From IMG/VR virus record IMGVR_UViG_2703719365_000009: a DNA stretch of 42,461 nucleotides; one strand, given 5' to 3'. Positions within the stretch are counted from its first letter, which is position 1; each line of letters opens with the position of its first letter. This document shows, piece by piece, positions 26,611-36,429 of this stretch. This DNA comes from a virus (lineage: Duplodnaviria; Heunggongvirae; Uroviricota; Caudoviricetes). The notes below the pieces were generated by a model. That model saw only the letters and a program-made list of their open reading frames with translations. It did no database searches and was not told the origin of the DNA. The position numbers and the translations under genes were made by a program.

Positions 26611-28686
26611 ATGGCCCGAAATCTCAGAGCATCTCTGATAGTTGATTTGCTCGGCAATATCTCAGCCAAATCCCGCCAGTGGTCACAGGAGCTGGGGGCA
26701 TTCTCACGCTCCGGCCAGGCGGGGCTGGGTGGCCTGGGAAATGCTGCCCGCCGTGCCGGGCAGGAAACAGATGTACTCGGAAGCAGGATGCAGCGCACGC
26801 TGGCCGGGGTGCGGGGCAGTATCCGCCATGTCACTTCTGATTTTGACCGTCTTCAGGGCAGTATTACCGGCACCATCGGGCGGATCAGCAATCTTTACGG
26901 AATGCTGGCCGGTGGTGCTGCTGTATATGGCTTTAACCGGGGATTTATTCGCCCGGCAGCGGAGATGGAAACCTATATGATTCGCCTGAACTCCCTTTAC
27001 AAAGGGGATCGGGCGAAAACGGATGATGTCCGCAGGTGGGCAATACAGAATGCGAAGGAAACCACCTGGGGGCTGGCTGGCGTCATGCAGGAATATACGT
27101 CCAGTCTGGGCTTTGGTATGAGTGACAGGGAGGCCCGAAATTTTGTCACCATGCTTCAGGATCAGGGGGCCGTGGGCGGCTGGTCACTGTCCGATGCACA
27201 GGGGGCATCCCTGCAACTGAAACAGATGTATGCAAGAGGCAGTATTCAGGCGGCGGATGCAAATATTCTTGCCACCTACGGCATTAATGCCTACCGCGTG
27301 CTGGCTGATCGTCTGGGTGTGGACCAGAAAGTGGTCAGAAAACTTGGTGAAAAAGGGCTGCTTGGGCCGGACAGTATTCGCCTGTTATTTCAGACGCTGG
27401 CGGAACAGGCCAGGGGAGCACAAAAGGACGCAATGAATTCCTGGAGTGGCCTGACGGCCATGATGGGTGACGTCTGGGACCAGTTTGCCCGGGATGTGAT
27501 GGACAGTGGGCCATTTGAAAAACTGAAGGGTAATCTCAGGGGATTTCTTTCATGGGTTGACAGTGCCAAATCTGATGGCAGTTACCATTCCCTGGCGGAA
27601 AGCACGGCATCAGCCATGAACCAGGGCTTTGAGTATGCCCGTGATGCAGTGACAGGGTTTTATCAGGCGATCAGAAAGGTACGCGACACGCTTCAGGCTC
27701 TGCGGGATGCGGGCTATGGTGATGCGCTGGATCGCATTGGTCAGGGGGCACAGACTGCCGCGAAATACCTGCTGTACATGTATCTCGCCACCCGTGCCCT
27801 GAAAATGGCGCGGGCTGTCGGAACGGGGATTATACGTCCGGGTGCTGCATTGCTGGGATACGGATTATCAGCGGCGGCCTTCCTGACTTCACCTTTCCGG
27901 CGCTCTCCTCCGGCCGGAACACCACCAGGCACATCTCAGGGACGAGGGCAACGTTTTATAAACTTTCTTACCGGGGTAAATCCGGCAGCCGTTCAGCCAG
28001 TACTTGTAACAAACTGGCCCACAGGAGGACTGTCCGGCACCGGCGCGACCGATACATCCTCAGGCGGACGTCAGGGGCGGGGTCGCAGGAAACGCGGACC
28101 GGGGCGCGGAAGACCGGTCACGCCTCCCCTGCCACCGTCCCCAGTGCCACCGTCTCCCTCTTCTGGTGGGGCAGGGTTCTGGGGGCGCATGATGGGGCGC
28201 GCCGGTGGGTTACTTTCGTCTGTCGGTAGCCGCATGGGGCTGGGGCGTTTCTCCGGCTTTTTCCGCAGTGCCGGTGGACTGGCCGGCCGGCTGGGTGGAG
28301 GTGCCCTGTGGGCTGGCGCGATGGCAGCCCCGGTTCTGCTGGATGGCAGCGCCAGTGCCACAGACAAGGGAGAAGCGGTCGGCTCTCTTGCAGGCAGTAT
28401 TGCCGGTGGTGCGCTGGGGGCGGCAGCCGGACCTGTGGGGATTGCCATTGGTTCTACGGTGGGCAGCTATCTCGGTAACTATCTGGGGGGATGGCTGACT
28501 GAAGCCTGGCAGAAATTACGGGGCAGTGATGATGAAAGCAGTGGACAGGCGGTACAAAAAGCCTCTGCCCGTGTGGAGCTGGTTGCCCCGGAAGGGTGGC
28601 AGGCTCGCAGTATTGATATTGATGACACGTCCGGTCACGGACTGGATGTGAATGTCTGGAACGGAGGGAATTATGGCCTCTGGTGA
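26611..28686 (+). CDS. Tail tape measure protein
   Basis: 691 aa; Gly/Pro-rich low-complexity C-terminal part; position after chaperone. Confidence 0.85.
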   Translation: MARNLRASLIVDLLGNISAKSRQWSQELGAFSRSGQAGLGGLGNAARRAGQETDVLGSRMQRTLAGVRGSIRHVTSDFDRLQGSITGTIGRISNLYGMLAGGAAVYGFNRGFIRPAAEMETYMIRLNSLYKGDRAKTDDVRRWAIQNAKETTWGLAGVMQEYTSSLGFGMSDREARNFVTMLQDQGAVGGWSLSDAQGASLQLKQMYARGSIQAADANILATYGINAYRVLADRLGVDQKVVRKLGEKGLLGPDSIRLLFQTLAEQARGAQKDAMNSWSGLTAMMGDVWDQFARDVMDSGPFEKLKGNLRGFLSWVDSAKSDGSYHSLAESTASAMNQGFEYARDAVTGFYQAIRKVRDTLQALRDAGYGDALDRIGQGAQTAAKYLLYMYLATRALKMARAVGTGIIRPGAALLGYGLSAAAFLTSPFRRSPPAGTPPGTSQGRGQRFINFLTGVNPAAVQPVLVTNWPTGGLSGTGATDTSSGGRQGRGRRKRGPGRGRPVTPPLPPSPVPPSPSSGGAGFWGRMMGRAGGLLSSVGSRMGLGRFSGFFRSAGGLAGRLGGGALWAGAMAAPVLLDGSASATDKGEAVGSLAGSIAGGALGAAAGPVGIAIGSTVGSYLGNYLGGWLTEAWQKLRGSDDESSGQAVQKASARVELVAPEGWQARSIDIDDTSGHGLDVNVWNGGNYGLW

Positions 28687-30022
28687 CGGTCGTGGTGCGT
28701 TCCGTGGTGTGCCGTTCCTCGTCTGGCGTGAGCAGCGCGAACGTGGCGGGCGAAACATTGTCCGTCGGGAATATCCGTTACGGGAAACCGGTGGTGCAGA
28801 CGATCTGGGACCTAAACTGGCTGAATTTACGTTCAGTGTACTTGTGATGGGGGATGATGTTCAGACACAGCGAAATCGTCTGCGTGATGCCCTTCGTGCA
28901 CCCGGTGCCGGGGAGCTGCTTCACCCGGATTACGGCACGTTAAATGTGCTGATAAACAGCTTTGAAAGTCGTTATAACGCTGCTGAACAGGGCGTGGTTG
29001 AGTTCACCATTAATGTCACGCCGGTAAGTGATGATACCGCACCTGCTGTCACACAGGACACGGCCGCCATTCTGGAGCAGAAGAGTACCACCGCGCTCGG
29101 GAAGGTTTTTGAAACCCTGGAAGCGGGCTGGACGGTGATTTCTGACGGAATGCACGATGTCCAGGCAATGACCGAAACCATCAGCGATAAGGTGTCCGCC
29201 CTGGAAAATGCCGTTTCCGGCATGGGGATTGTACAGGATATCAGTGCCTTTACTGCCACGTTCACGGCGCTGAAAGGGAATGCCACGGCATTACTGACAG
29301 CACCTTCCCGCATGGCCTCATCTTTTGCGGGGCTTTTCAGTGCCCTGATCACCCTGCCATCGCTGCCGTCACTGTCTTCAGGAGGCCTGCATACCCGGCC
29401 CGGTGGCAGTATCGGCCGGACGACATCCGCCGTCTCTCAGGGAATGCCGCAACTGTACAGGACATTATCTTCCCTGCGTTACGTGCTGGATGAGCAGGAT
29501 AATCCGCAGACTCTCATCGGTCTGACACCGGCAGCACAAAAGAATATTCGTCTGATACGGGCGGTAATGCAGAGTGCTGCCGTGGTGGCCCAGGCACAGA
29601 CCGTGGGAAAACTGCTGGATCAGGTTCTCAGTCAGGAAACCCTGCCGGACAGTGACGCAGCCCACCGTACCTGGCCTGTCTGGCTGGAAAGTTCAGTTGA
29701 TCTTCAGCGCATTAACCGTGACTTAAGCGAAGCGCTCGAACGGCAGGTGATGACACTGTCCGGGCAGGGGTATACCGCCACGGCGCTGACGCTTCGTGAT
29801 GCCAGACTGGCACTGACAGAGGATCTGAATACGCGGGGAGTTCAGCTACCCGGTGCAACAGTAGTGACTGTACGTACCACCGAGCCTGCACTGGTGACCC
29901 TGTACCGTGCCACCGGGAACAGTACCGGCTGGCAACGTTTTGTGCGCCGTAACGGTATTGTTGATCCGCTGTTCATTCCCGGAGGCCATTCAGTGGAGGT
30001 GATTAGTGAGCAGCAGGGTTGA
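28673..30022 (+). CDS. Mu N-like tail protein (DNA circularisation protein)
   Basis: ATG 28673 with RBS GGAGGG (alternative 28652); position after tape measure. Confidence 0.75.
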   Translation: MASGDGRGAFRGVPFLVWREQRERGGRNIVRREYPLRETGGADDLGPKLAEFTFSVLVMGDDVQTQRNRLRDALRAPGAGELLHPDYGTLNVLINSFESRYNAAEQGVVEFTINVTPVSDDTAPAVTQDTAAILEQKSTTALGKVFETLEAGWTVISDGMHDVQAMTETISDKVSALENAVSGMGIVQDISAFTATFTALKGNATALLTAPSRMASSFAGLFSALITLPSLPSLSSGGLHTRPGGSIGRTTSAVSQGMPQLYRTLSSLRYVLDEQDNPQTLIGLTPAAQKNIRLIRAVMQSAAVVAQAQTVGKLLDQVLSQETLPDSDAAHRTWPVWLESSVDLQRINRDLSEALERQVMTLSGQGYTATALTLRDARLALTEDLNTRGVQLPGATVVTVRTTEPALVTLYRATGNSTGWQRFVRRNGIVDPLFIPGGHSVEVISEQQG

Positions 30023-31130
30023 ACTGTATCTGGGCGGTGAGATTTTTTCCGGCTGGCTGACGGTGAGTGTTCGTCGCTCTCTTGAACATCTGGCGGGCTC
30101 CTTTGAACTGGGGGTAATGATGCCCGGTGTACGCCTTCCGTCATCCGTCCGTGCCGGTCAGTCTCTGGAATTGCGCATTGACGGTCAGCCTGTGATCACT
30201 GGCTGGCTGGATCAGGTCCGGCAGCGCATCAGCGCCACGCGTTTTCAGATCACGCTCAGCGGACGGGATAAAACCGGTGACCTGGTGGACTGTTCAGCCA
30301 TTCATCCGGGCAGCCAGTGGAGGAACCGCACGCTGGAGCACATTGCTTCAGATTTGTGTGCTCCGTTCGGGGTCACGGTGCGCTGGCAGGTAAATGATGC
30401 AACGGCAGCCCGGCCCTTTTCCACCTTCACACTGGAAAACTCAGAAACCGTGGCAGATGCGCTGACACGGGCCGCGAGACACAGAGGCGTCCTGGTAACC
30501 AGTAATGCCGCCGGTGAACTGGTTTTCACTCAGGCCGGCAGTCAGCGTGGCGACACGCTGACGCTGGGCGAAAATCTGCTGGATTTGGATCACAACGTGG
30601 ATCACCGTCTGCGCCACAGTGAATACCGTGTACGGGGGCACGGGCGTGGTGGTGGTCATGCCGGGGATGCACTGACAGCCGGAACGCTGGCCGCACCCGT
30701 TGGTACGGTGACAGACAGTGCCATCCACCGTTACAGACCGAAAATTGTGCTGGCGGATCATGCTGTTGATGCAGACGGTGCACGCCAGAGGGCTGTCCGG
30801 GAAATGCGCCGGGCGGTTGCCCGCTCTGCGCGCCTGACAGCCACCGTGCGGCACTGGTTTCGGGAGAACGGCCAGTTGTGGGATATCAACCTGCTGACGG
30901 CTGTCACGGCTCCCCGCACCGGAGTGGAAGAGCGTGATCTTCTTGTCTGTCAGGTGGAGTTTTCGCTGGATGCAAATCACGGCGAAACCACCCGTCTGAT
31001 TCTGGCACCCCGTGACGGCTTTATTGTTCCGGCAGAGCCGGGAAACAGCGGAAGCGGAAATGCGGGTGACGTGGACGCCTTCGTGCGGGCACAGATGAAA
31101 AAACAGGGGATTAAATTCAATGATGAATGA
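30006..31130 (+). CDS. Baseplate/tail protein (Mu P-like)
   Basis: 374 aa; GTG start overlapping N stop. Confidence 0.75.
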   Translation: MSSRVELYLGGEIFSGWLTVSVRRSLEHLAGSFELGVMMPGVRLPSSVRAGQSLELRIDGQPVITGWLDQVRQRISATRFQITLSGRDKTGDLVDCSAIHPGSQWRNRTLEHIASDLCAPFGVTVRWQVNDATAARPFSTFTLENSETVADALTRAARHRGVLVTSNAAGELVFTQAGSQRGDTLTLGENLLDLDHNVDHRLRHSEYRVRGHGRGGGHAGDALTAGTLAAPVGTVTDSAIHRYRPKIVLADHAVDADGARQRAVREMRRAVARSARLTATVRHWFRENGQLWDINLLTAVTAPRTGVEERDLLVCQVEFSLDANHGETTRLILAPRDGFIVPAEPGNSGSGNAGDVDAFVRAQMKKQGIKFNDE

Positions 31131-31734
31131 CGAAGTCATCAGCCGCCTTCTGGCCCCCGTAATGCGGGGTGTTCGTCTGCTGTTCGGGCGTGGTGTACTG
31201 ACCGGCACAACGGACACGCTGAAAATCCAGAATGTGCAAATCACCGGTATGGATGGTGAAACCTTTGATGACGTTGAACGCCCCCAGCAGTACGGGCAAA
31301 TCAGCGTCCCCCTGCCTGGTGCGGAAGTTTTTCTGGCCTGTGCTGGCGGACAACGGGATCAGGCCGTGGTGCTTGTGGTGGAAGACCGCCGCAGTCGCCC
31401 GACCGGACTTACCGCCGGAGATACCGGCGTGTATCACCATGAGGGGCACCGTATACGTCTGACAAAGAACGGCCGGATCATTGTGACCTGTAAGACGCTG
31501 GAGATTTACGCCGATGAAGGTGTTCAGGTGGATACACCGGAGGCTCACTTTACCGGTAATGTCACAGTGGATAAGAACCTGCATGTCAAAGGCAATGTGT
31601 CCATTGACGGCACCGGAAGATCACAGGGGACGTTCACGATGTCCGAAGCGGTTATTGCCGGGATCACCTATTCAGGTCATGTGCATCACGATAACGGTGA
31701 AGGCAGCAAAACGGGAGGACCAGAGAATGGCTGA
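31120..31734 (+). CDS. Baseplate assembly protein (Mu gp45-like)
   Basis: 204 aa; overlapping start. Confidence 0.7.
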   Translation: MMNDEVISRLLAPVMRGVRLLFGRGVLTGTTDTLKIQNVQITGMDGETFDDVERPQQYGQISVPLPGAEVFLACAGGQRDQAVVLVVEDRRSRPTGLTAGDTGVYHHEGHRIRLTKNGRIIVTCKTLEIYADEGVQVDTPEAHFTGNVTVDKNLHVKGNVSIDGTGRSQGTFTMSEAVIAGITYSGHVHHDNGEGSKTGGPENG

Positions 31735-32164
31735 TATTGCAATTGTGTGGGATCAGGGTTGCGGTTCCCTGCAACTGAACGGCGCAGATCTTCTGACGGA
31801 TAACAGCCTGCTGACTGCGGTCATTATTTCACTGTTTACGGACAGGCGGGCGCTGGATTCCGATGAAATCCCTGACGGCACCCGTGACCGTCGGGGATGG
31901 TGGGGAGACAGTTTCCGGGTGCGCCCCGTTGGCTCCCGTCTCTGGCTGTTAAGCCGTGAAAAGACGCTGTCCTCCGTGGTCAGCCGTGCACAGGCCTATG
32001 CTGATGAAGCGCTGGCGTGGCTGCATAAAAGCGGTGCTGCCACATCCGTGGTATGTCATGCCATGCGTGTGGGGCATGCTCGCCTTTCGCTTTCCGTGAA
32101 AATCACCCTGCCGGACGGAAGCAGACATCCGATGATTTTTTATGCTGATATGAAGGGGGAATGA
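31727..32164 (+). CDS. Baseplate protein (Mu gp46-like)
   Basis: 145 aa from ATG 31727, overlapping gp45 stop; the longer ORF from 31514 is unlikely. Confidence 0.7.
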   Translation: MADIAIVWDQGCGSLQLNGADLLTDNSLLTAVIISLFTDRRALDSDEIPDGTRDRRGWWGDSFRVRPVGSRLWLLSREKTLSSVVSRAQAYADEALAWLHKSGAATSVVCHAMRVGHARLSLSVKITLPDGSRHPMIFYADMKGE

Positions 32165-33246
32165 TGCCTTATCAGCCCTTACCACTGGCGCAACTGATCA
32201 CACAGACACAACAGGATATCAGCCAGCGCCTGCCCGGTTCGCAGCCGGGCGTGAATGAAACCACCCTGAATGCCATTGCGTATGCACTGGCGGGTCTGTC
32301 AGCACAGGAGCATGAACATCTGGCCTGGATCTCCCGGCAGATAATTCCGACAGAAGCTGATGAAGCCGAACTCCTGAAACACTGCGCATTCTGGGGTGTC
32401 ATCCGTAAACCGGCTTCCCGCGCTGACGGACCGGTACAACTGATGCTGACCACGGATGCAGGGATCACGGAAGGCGTACTCCTTCAGCGAAGCGATGGGG
32501 TTGTGTACCGCATCACCGGCTCTGCGACCGGAAAAGCCGGAACACTGAATGTTAATGTGGAGGCGGAAAGTGCGGGGCGCGCTGGAAATACCCCGACCGG
32601 AACCCGCCTGTCCTTTATCACGCCACAGGCGGGCATCAACCAGACAGCCACGGTCACCGGCACGGGACTCACCGGTGGTGCGGATGTGGAAACGGTGCCG
32701 GAGTTGCTGTCCAGGCTGGTATTCCGGGTACAGAACCCGCCATCAGGGGGAACACAGTATGATTTTGAACGCTGGGCACGGGAAGTACCGGGCGTGACGC
32801 GGGCATGGTGTAAGCCTGAATGGCCTGAGGCGGGTAGTGTTGGTGTGACTTTTGTTCAGGATAATAACCCTGACATTTTCCCCGGAGAAGGTGATGTGAA
32901 GCGGGTGGCGGATTATATCCGCAGTCATGATGATCCGGCGACGGGCCAGCCCGTTGGTCAGCCACTTGGGCCGACAATCAGCGTGTTTAAGCTGACCAAT
33001 AAGCCGGTGGCGTTTGAGATCAGGATTGTACCCAAAACGCCGGAAAATCAGGCTGCCGTAAAACAGGCATTAACAGACCTGCTTTATAACGAATCGCGGC
33101 CGGGTGGACTTGTATTGCCTTCATCATTCTGGCGGGCTGTTGCAGGGGTGAAAGGACTGGAGGATTTTGAAGTTCGCAGCCCGCTGAAGTCCGTGATGGC
33201 CGGAGATACAGAGTTGCTGACCGTGGGGGAAATCACATGGCTGTAA
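32161..33246 (+). CDS. Baseplate J-like protein (Mu gp47-like)
   Basis: 361 aa; overlapping start. Confidence 0.75.
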   Translation: MMPYQPLPLAQLITQTQQDISQRLPGSQPGVNETTLNAIAYALAGLSAQEHEHLAWISRQIIPTEADEAELLKHCAFWGVIRKPASRADGPVQLMLTTDAGITEGVLLQRSDGVVYRITGSATGKAGTLNVNVEAESAGRAGNTPTGTRLSFITPQAGINQTATVTGTGLTGGADVETVPELLSRLVFRVQNPPSGGTQYDFERWAREVPGVTRAWCKPEWPEAGSVGVTFVQDNNPDIFPGEGDVKRVADYIRSHDDPATGQPVGQPLGPTISVFKLTNKPVAFEIRIVPKTPENQAAVKQALTDLLYNESRPGGLVLPSSFWRAVAGVKGLEDFEVRSPLKSVMAGDTELLTVGEITWL

Positions 33247-33797
33247 CCCTGACCCCGCATCAGCGCGCCCTGTTGCAGTTGCTGCCTGACGGGCTGGCAT
33301 GGGATAAGCGGCCGTCATCCGTTCTTGCGGCTTTGTGCCTGGGCCTCAGTCATTCCACGGAGCGTGTTTCCTGGACCGGTAACCAGATGCTGGCAGAACG
33401 TTTTCCTGATTCATCCCGTCTGCTGCTGGAAGACTGGGAGCGTTATCTGGGGTTACCGGAATGTGATATGACCGGCGCAACCATTCAGGAGCGTCAGCGT
33501 TATGCCGGGAATAAATACCGGATGAAACCCTCTCTTAACCGTGAATTTTATATCCGGTTTGCGGCAGAGTTTGGTTATGAAATAGATATTCAGCCATCAC
33601 CGGATTCACAGTGGGTCAGTATTGTCACGATTAACAGTGAAACCGGCTACCGGAATATGAATGTGCTGGATGATATTCTCACGCCGCTGCGTATTTATGA
33701 AGGCGGTGCGCTGGAATGTATTCTGAACCGTTATAAGCCTGCATGGCAGACGTTTATTTACGTATATGCAAACAGTCACGAAGAGGAGAATATTTAA
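33237..33797 (+). CDS. Tail protein (Mu gp48-like)
   Basis: 186 aa; overlapping start. Confidence 0.7.
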   Translation: MAVTLTPHQRALLQLLPDGLAWDKRPSSVLAALCLGLSHSTERVSWTGNQMLAERFPDSSRLLLEDWERYLGLPECDMTGATIQERQRYAGNKYRMKPSLNREFYIRFAAEFGYEIDIQPSPDSQWVSIVTINSETGYRNMNVLDDILTPLRIYEGGALECILNRYKPAWQTFIYVYANSHEEENI

Positions 33798-34708
33798 TGT
33801 TCCATGTTGATAATAATTCCGGCGTGGCGAATATGCCTGCGCTGGCACCGGCGCAGAGTAATACCACCACCTGGTTTACCGAAGGTGACGGACAAAAAGG
33901 TATCAGCTGGATTGGTCAGGACTGGCTGAATATTCTCCAGGCCGAACTGCTGAATATTCTGGCTGAAGCCAGTATTCAGCCGGATAAGGCGCAGTTAAAC
34001 CAGCTTACGCTGTCCATTAAAGCCATTATCGCTGCGAATGCCTTTTCCCGGAAAAACAACCTGAAAGAAATTGCTGATGCCGGTGCGGAAGCCCAGCGTC
34101 TTGCCCGTGGTTATCTTGGTCTTGGGGCGCTTGCCACAAAAAACAGTCTTGGTCCCGGTGACGTTAATGCTCTGGCGAAGGATCAGAACCTTGCCGACCT
34201 GGAGAATGCGGGAACCGCCCGTAATAATCTGGATGTTTACAGCAAAAGCGAAGGTGATAACCGTTACCTGCGCAGGGAGCAGAACGGCGCAGACATTCCG
34301 GATAAAGGCGCTTTTATCGATAACGTCGGTTTACGGGAAACGGTAAATAAGGCTGCTGATGCCCTGCCATCGGGTGGAACCGCCGTGGCAGCAAACAGAC
34401 TCGCCACCCCAAGAAATATTAATGGCGTTCCTTTTGACGGAACGCAGGATATCAACATCACGTCAGGAATGACGCAGTCAACCGCAGATGGCCGGTATGT
34501 ACAGAATGTTCAGCTTGGAGCACAGAGCTATCATTCACCCGGAGGCAATGAAATATCATGGAATTACAGCGCACCTTCCGGTTGTATGCTTTCCGGTATT
34601 AACGTGCAGGAAACCGGCTCCCGGTCTGCGGACAATATCGGTGGGGTCTATTATCGCCCGGTTCAGATTTATATTAATAATGCCTGGAGAACGGTAAGTT
34701 CAGTGTAA
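33797..34708 (+). CDS. Tail fibre protein S: constant part plus variable C-terminus encoded inside the invertible segment (current orientation)
   Basis: ATG 33797 overlaps upstream stop (TAATG); C-terminal about 127 aa lie beyond gixL; homologous alternative C-terminus on the opposite strand. Confidence 0.8.
   Translation: MFHVDNNSGVANMPALAPAQSNTTTWFTEGDGQKGISWIGQDWLNILQAELLNILAEASIQPDKAQLNQLTLSIKAIIAANAFSRKNNLKEIADAGAEAQRLARGYLGLGALATKNSLGPGDVNALAKDQNLADLENAGTARNNLDVYSKSEGDNRYLRREQNGADIPDKGAFIDNVGLRETVNKAADALPSGGTAVAANRLATPRNINGVPFDGTQDINITSGMTQSTADGRYVQNVQLGAQSYHSPGGNEISWNYSAPSGCMLSGINVQETGSRSADNIGGVYYRPVQIYINNAWRTVSSV
34314..34339 (+). other. gixL-like inversion crossover site inside S
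   Basis: TTATCGATAACG-TC-GGTTTACGGGAA; 12-bp half-sites about 9/12 to the Hin/Gin half-site consensus; 2-bp core. Confidence 0.75.
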
Positions 34709-34718
34709 ACCACAGAAA

Positions 34719-34737
34719 AGGGTGCTGAATGCACCCT
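34719..34737. terminator. Hairpin between convergent S and tail-fibre-assembly stops (candidate bidirectional terminator)
   Basis: AGGGTGC-TGAAT-GCACCCT stem-loop; U-rich flank on the minus-strand side. Confidence 0.5.
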
Positions 34738-34742
34738 CTGAA

Positions 34743-35264
34743 TTATTCCGGTTTTTCCGGCCAGGGAATCGCCTGGTAATGCCCCTCACTGGCAATATCA
34801 TTAAAGTGCATTTCTTTAAGCTGTCGGATATACGCCATCCAGCGCGTCAGCTGTAATTTATTTTCATCGCTAATCATGTCCAGTTTTAATTCCGTTTTCC
34901 AGTCATCCACAGTTTCGTTGGCTTCCTGGAGCAGCGATGAGCGGCGCTTTTCAGCAACCGTCTTCCAGTTTACCGGCACCTTTGATATCAGGCCATCAGA
35001 AAACTGCCAGTTACCGTCAATATTCACACCTTCCGGCAGTTCGTCCACTTCAACAACAGTAAAACCTGCCGGATATAAAGCAGAGACATCTTCAGCAACA
35101 GAGCAGATAATACCCGTTACAGGCGAAATACAGAGTTTGTATTTCTTTGTGAAAAGCGGGATAGATTCATAAAAATCCCTTCCGTCCTCACTCTGGAAAT
35201 ACTGAACATCCTCACCATAGGGTTTGTGTTCCGGGTAATATCGTTTTACGTTAATAAGCTCCAT
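34743..35264 (-). CDS. Tail fibre assembly protein (Mu U/U-prime-like), in register with the alternative S C-terminus
   Basis: 174 aa from ATG 35264 with RBS AAGGTGA; the longer ORF to 35375 overlaps the alternative S cassette. Confidence 0.75.
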   Translation of the reverse strand: MELINVKRYYPEHKPYGEDVQYFQSEDGRDFYESIPLFTKKYKLCISPVTGIICSVAEDVSALYPAGFTVVEVDELPEGVNIDGNWQFSDGLISKVPVNWKTVAEKRRSSLLQEANETVDDWKTELKLDMISDENKLQLTRWMAYIRQLKEMHFNDIASEGHYQAIPWPEKPE

Positions 35265-35343
35265 TATTTCACCTTGTTTTTGTTGAAAAGACAAAATCAT
35301 CATATATTTATTCAGATAATCTGTTTTTTGAACTACTGCACTT

Positions 35344-35712
35344 TTATGCGCTGGAAGCTGTTTTCCACGAACCATCTATCAGAAACTGAACAGGTCGATA
35401 ATATGCGGTTACCGTTGCATTACCATCACCAGCGACATCAAGCCCTGTAAGTACGCATCCGTCAGGAACTTCAAAAATATTATATTGCATTCCAATCGTT
35501 GACCTTGAACCTCTTCGAATGCTTTGAACATAACGTGAGTCAGCCACAGACTGCGTCATCCCCGATGTAATATTTATATCCTGCGTTCCGTCAAATGGGA
35601 CACCATTAATATTTCTTGGAGTGGCGAGTTTATTCGCTGCAACAGCCGTTCCGTTCGATGGCAGGGCATTCGCCGCCTTATTTACCGTTTCCCGTAAACC
35701 GAGGTTTTCAGG
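35344..35712 (-). CDS. Alternative tail fibre C-terminal cassette (S-prime variable part), promoterless in the current orientation
   Basis: Minus-strand frame open from gixR core to stop at 35344; encodes GLRETVNKAANALPSNG...NITSGMTQS, homologous to the S region after gixL, then a divergent C-terminal tip. Confidence 0.75.
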   Translation of the reverse strand, partial: PENLGLRETVNKAANALPSNGTAVAANKLATPRNINGVPFDGTQDINITSGMTQSVADSRYVQSIRRGSRSTIGMQYNIFEVPDGCVLTGLDVAGDGNATVTAYYRPVQFLIDGSWKTASSA

Positions 35713-35724
35713 GATACCGTATAT
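35699..35724 (+). other. gixR-like inversion crossover site just upstream of gin
   Basis: TTCCCGTAAACC-GA-GGTTTTCAGGGA; core GA is the reverse complement of the gixL core TC. Confidence 0.75.
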
Positions 35725-35769
35725 CTGTTTTAAAAGGCATTTTCACCTCTTTTTAAGGAAGGTAAATAC

Positions 35770-36330
35770 ATGCTGATTGGCTATATACGCGTATCAACAA
35801 ATGACCAGAACACCGGTTTACAAAGAAATGCGCTGGAATGTGCAGGATGTGAGCAGATTTTTGAAGACAAAATGAGTGGTAAAACGACACAGCGGCCGGG
35901 ACTGAAGCGGGCACTGAAGAAACTAAAACCCGGTGACACACTGATGGTCTGGAAACTGGACAGGCTGGGGCGCAGTATGCGCCACCTTGTTGCGCTGACA
36001 GATGAATTACAGCAACAGGGGATAAATTTTCGTAGTCTTACTGACAACATTGATACGTCAACCCCCATGGGGCGCTTCTTTTTTCACATAATGGGTGCGC
36101 TGGCAGAAATGGAGCGTGAATTAATTGTCGAACGGACACGGGCTGGTCTTGCAGCTGCCCGTGAAAGGGGACGAACCGGCGGCAGACCCCGCCGTCTCAC
36201 GCAGGAACAATACGAGCAGGTCGGGCGTTTACTGGCCGGGGGTGTCAGTCGAAGACAGGTGGCACTTATTTTTGATATCGGCCTTTCAACCCTTTATCGT
36301 TATTATCCTGCGAGCGTTTCGGAAAAATAA
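35770..36330 (+). CDS. gin: Gin/Hin/Pin-family serine DNA invertase
   Basis: 186 aa; N-terminal GYIRVSTNDQ catalytic serine motif and C-terminal HTH; RBS AAGGAAGG; adjacent to gixR. Confidence 0.95.
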   Translation: MLIGYIRVSTNDQNTGLQRNALECAGCEQIFEDKMSGKTTQRPGLKRALKKLKPGDTLMVWKLDRLGRSMRHLVALTDELQQQGINFRSLTDNIDTSTPMGRFFFHIMGALAEMERELIVERTRAGLAAARERGRTGGRPRRLTQEQYEQVGRLLAGGVSRRQVALIFDIGLSTLYRYYPASVSEK

Positions 36331-36429
36331 GACGCTCTCTTTGTTGGGCCTTTACTGAATTAACGCAAAATGGCGTTTATCGGTCTGTGGATATGATAAT
36401 TCAGTTTATTCAGGAACAGGCTGATTATT

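Larger units (their letters stand above)
34326..35712. other. Gin-invertible segment (G-segment-like, about 1.39 kb)
   Basis: Bounded by gixL and gixR; carries the S variable C-terminus (+), a tail fibre assembly gene (-) and an alternative S C-terminus (-); inner about 150 bp of each arm form imperfect inverted repeats. Confidence 0.8.

Noticed and set aside
26611-28686. Possible CRISPR-like or other repeat array in the Gly-rich part of the tape measure gene
   Set aside because: Low-complexity Gly/Pro-rich coding sequence, not spaced direct repeats; no CRISPR array is present anywhere in the window.
30441-31244. 267-aa minus-strand ORF antisense to the P-like baseplate gene
   Set aside because: Shadow ORF inside the late operon on the wrong strand.
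31514-31726. Upstream extension of the gp46-like ORF
   Set aside because: Fully overlaps the gp45-like gene in another frame; the ATG at 31727 gives the expected 145-aa product with ATGGCTGA stop-start overlap.
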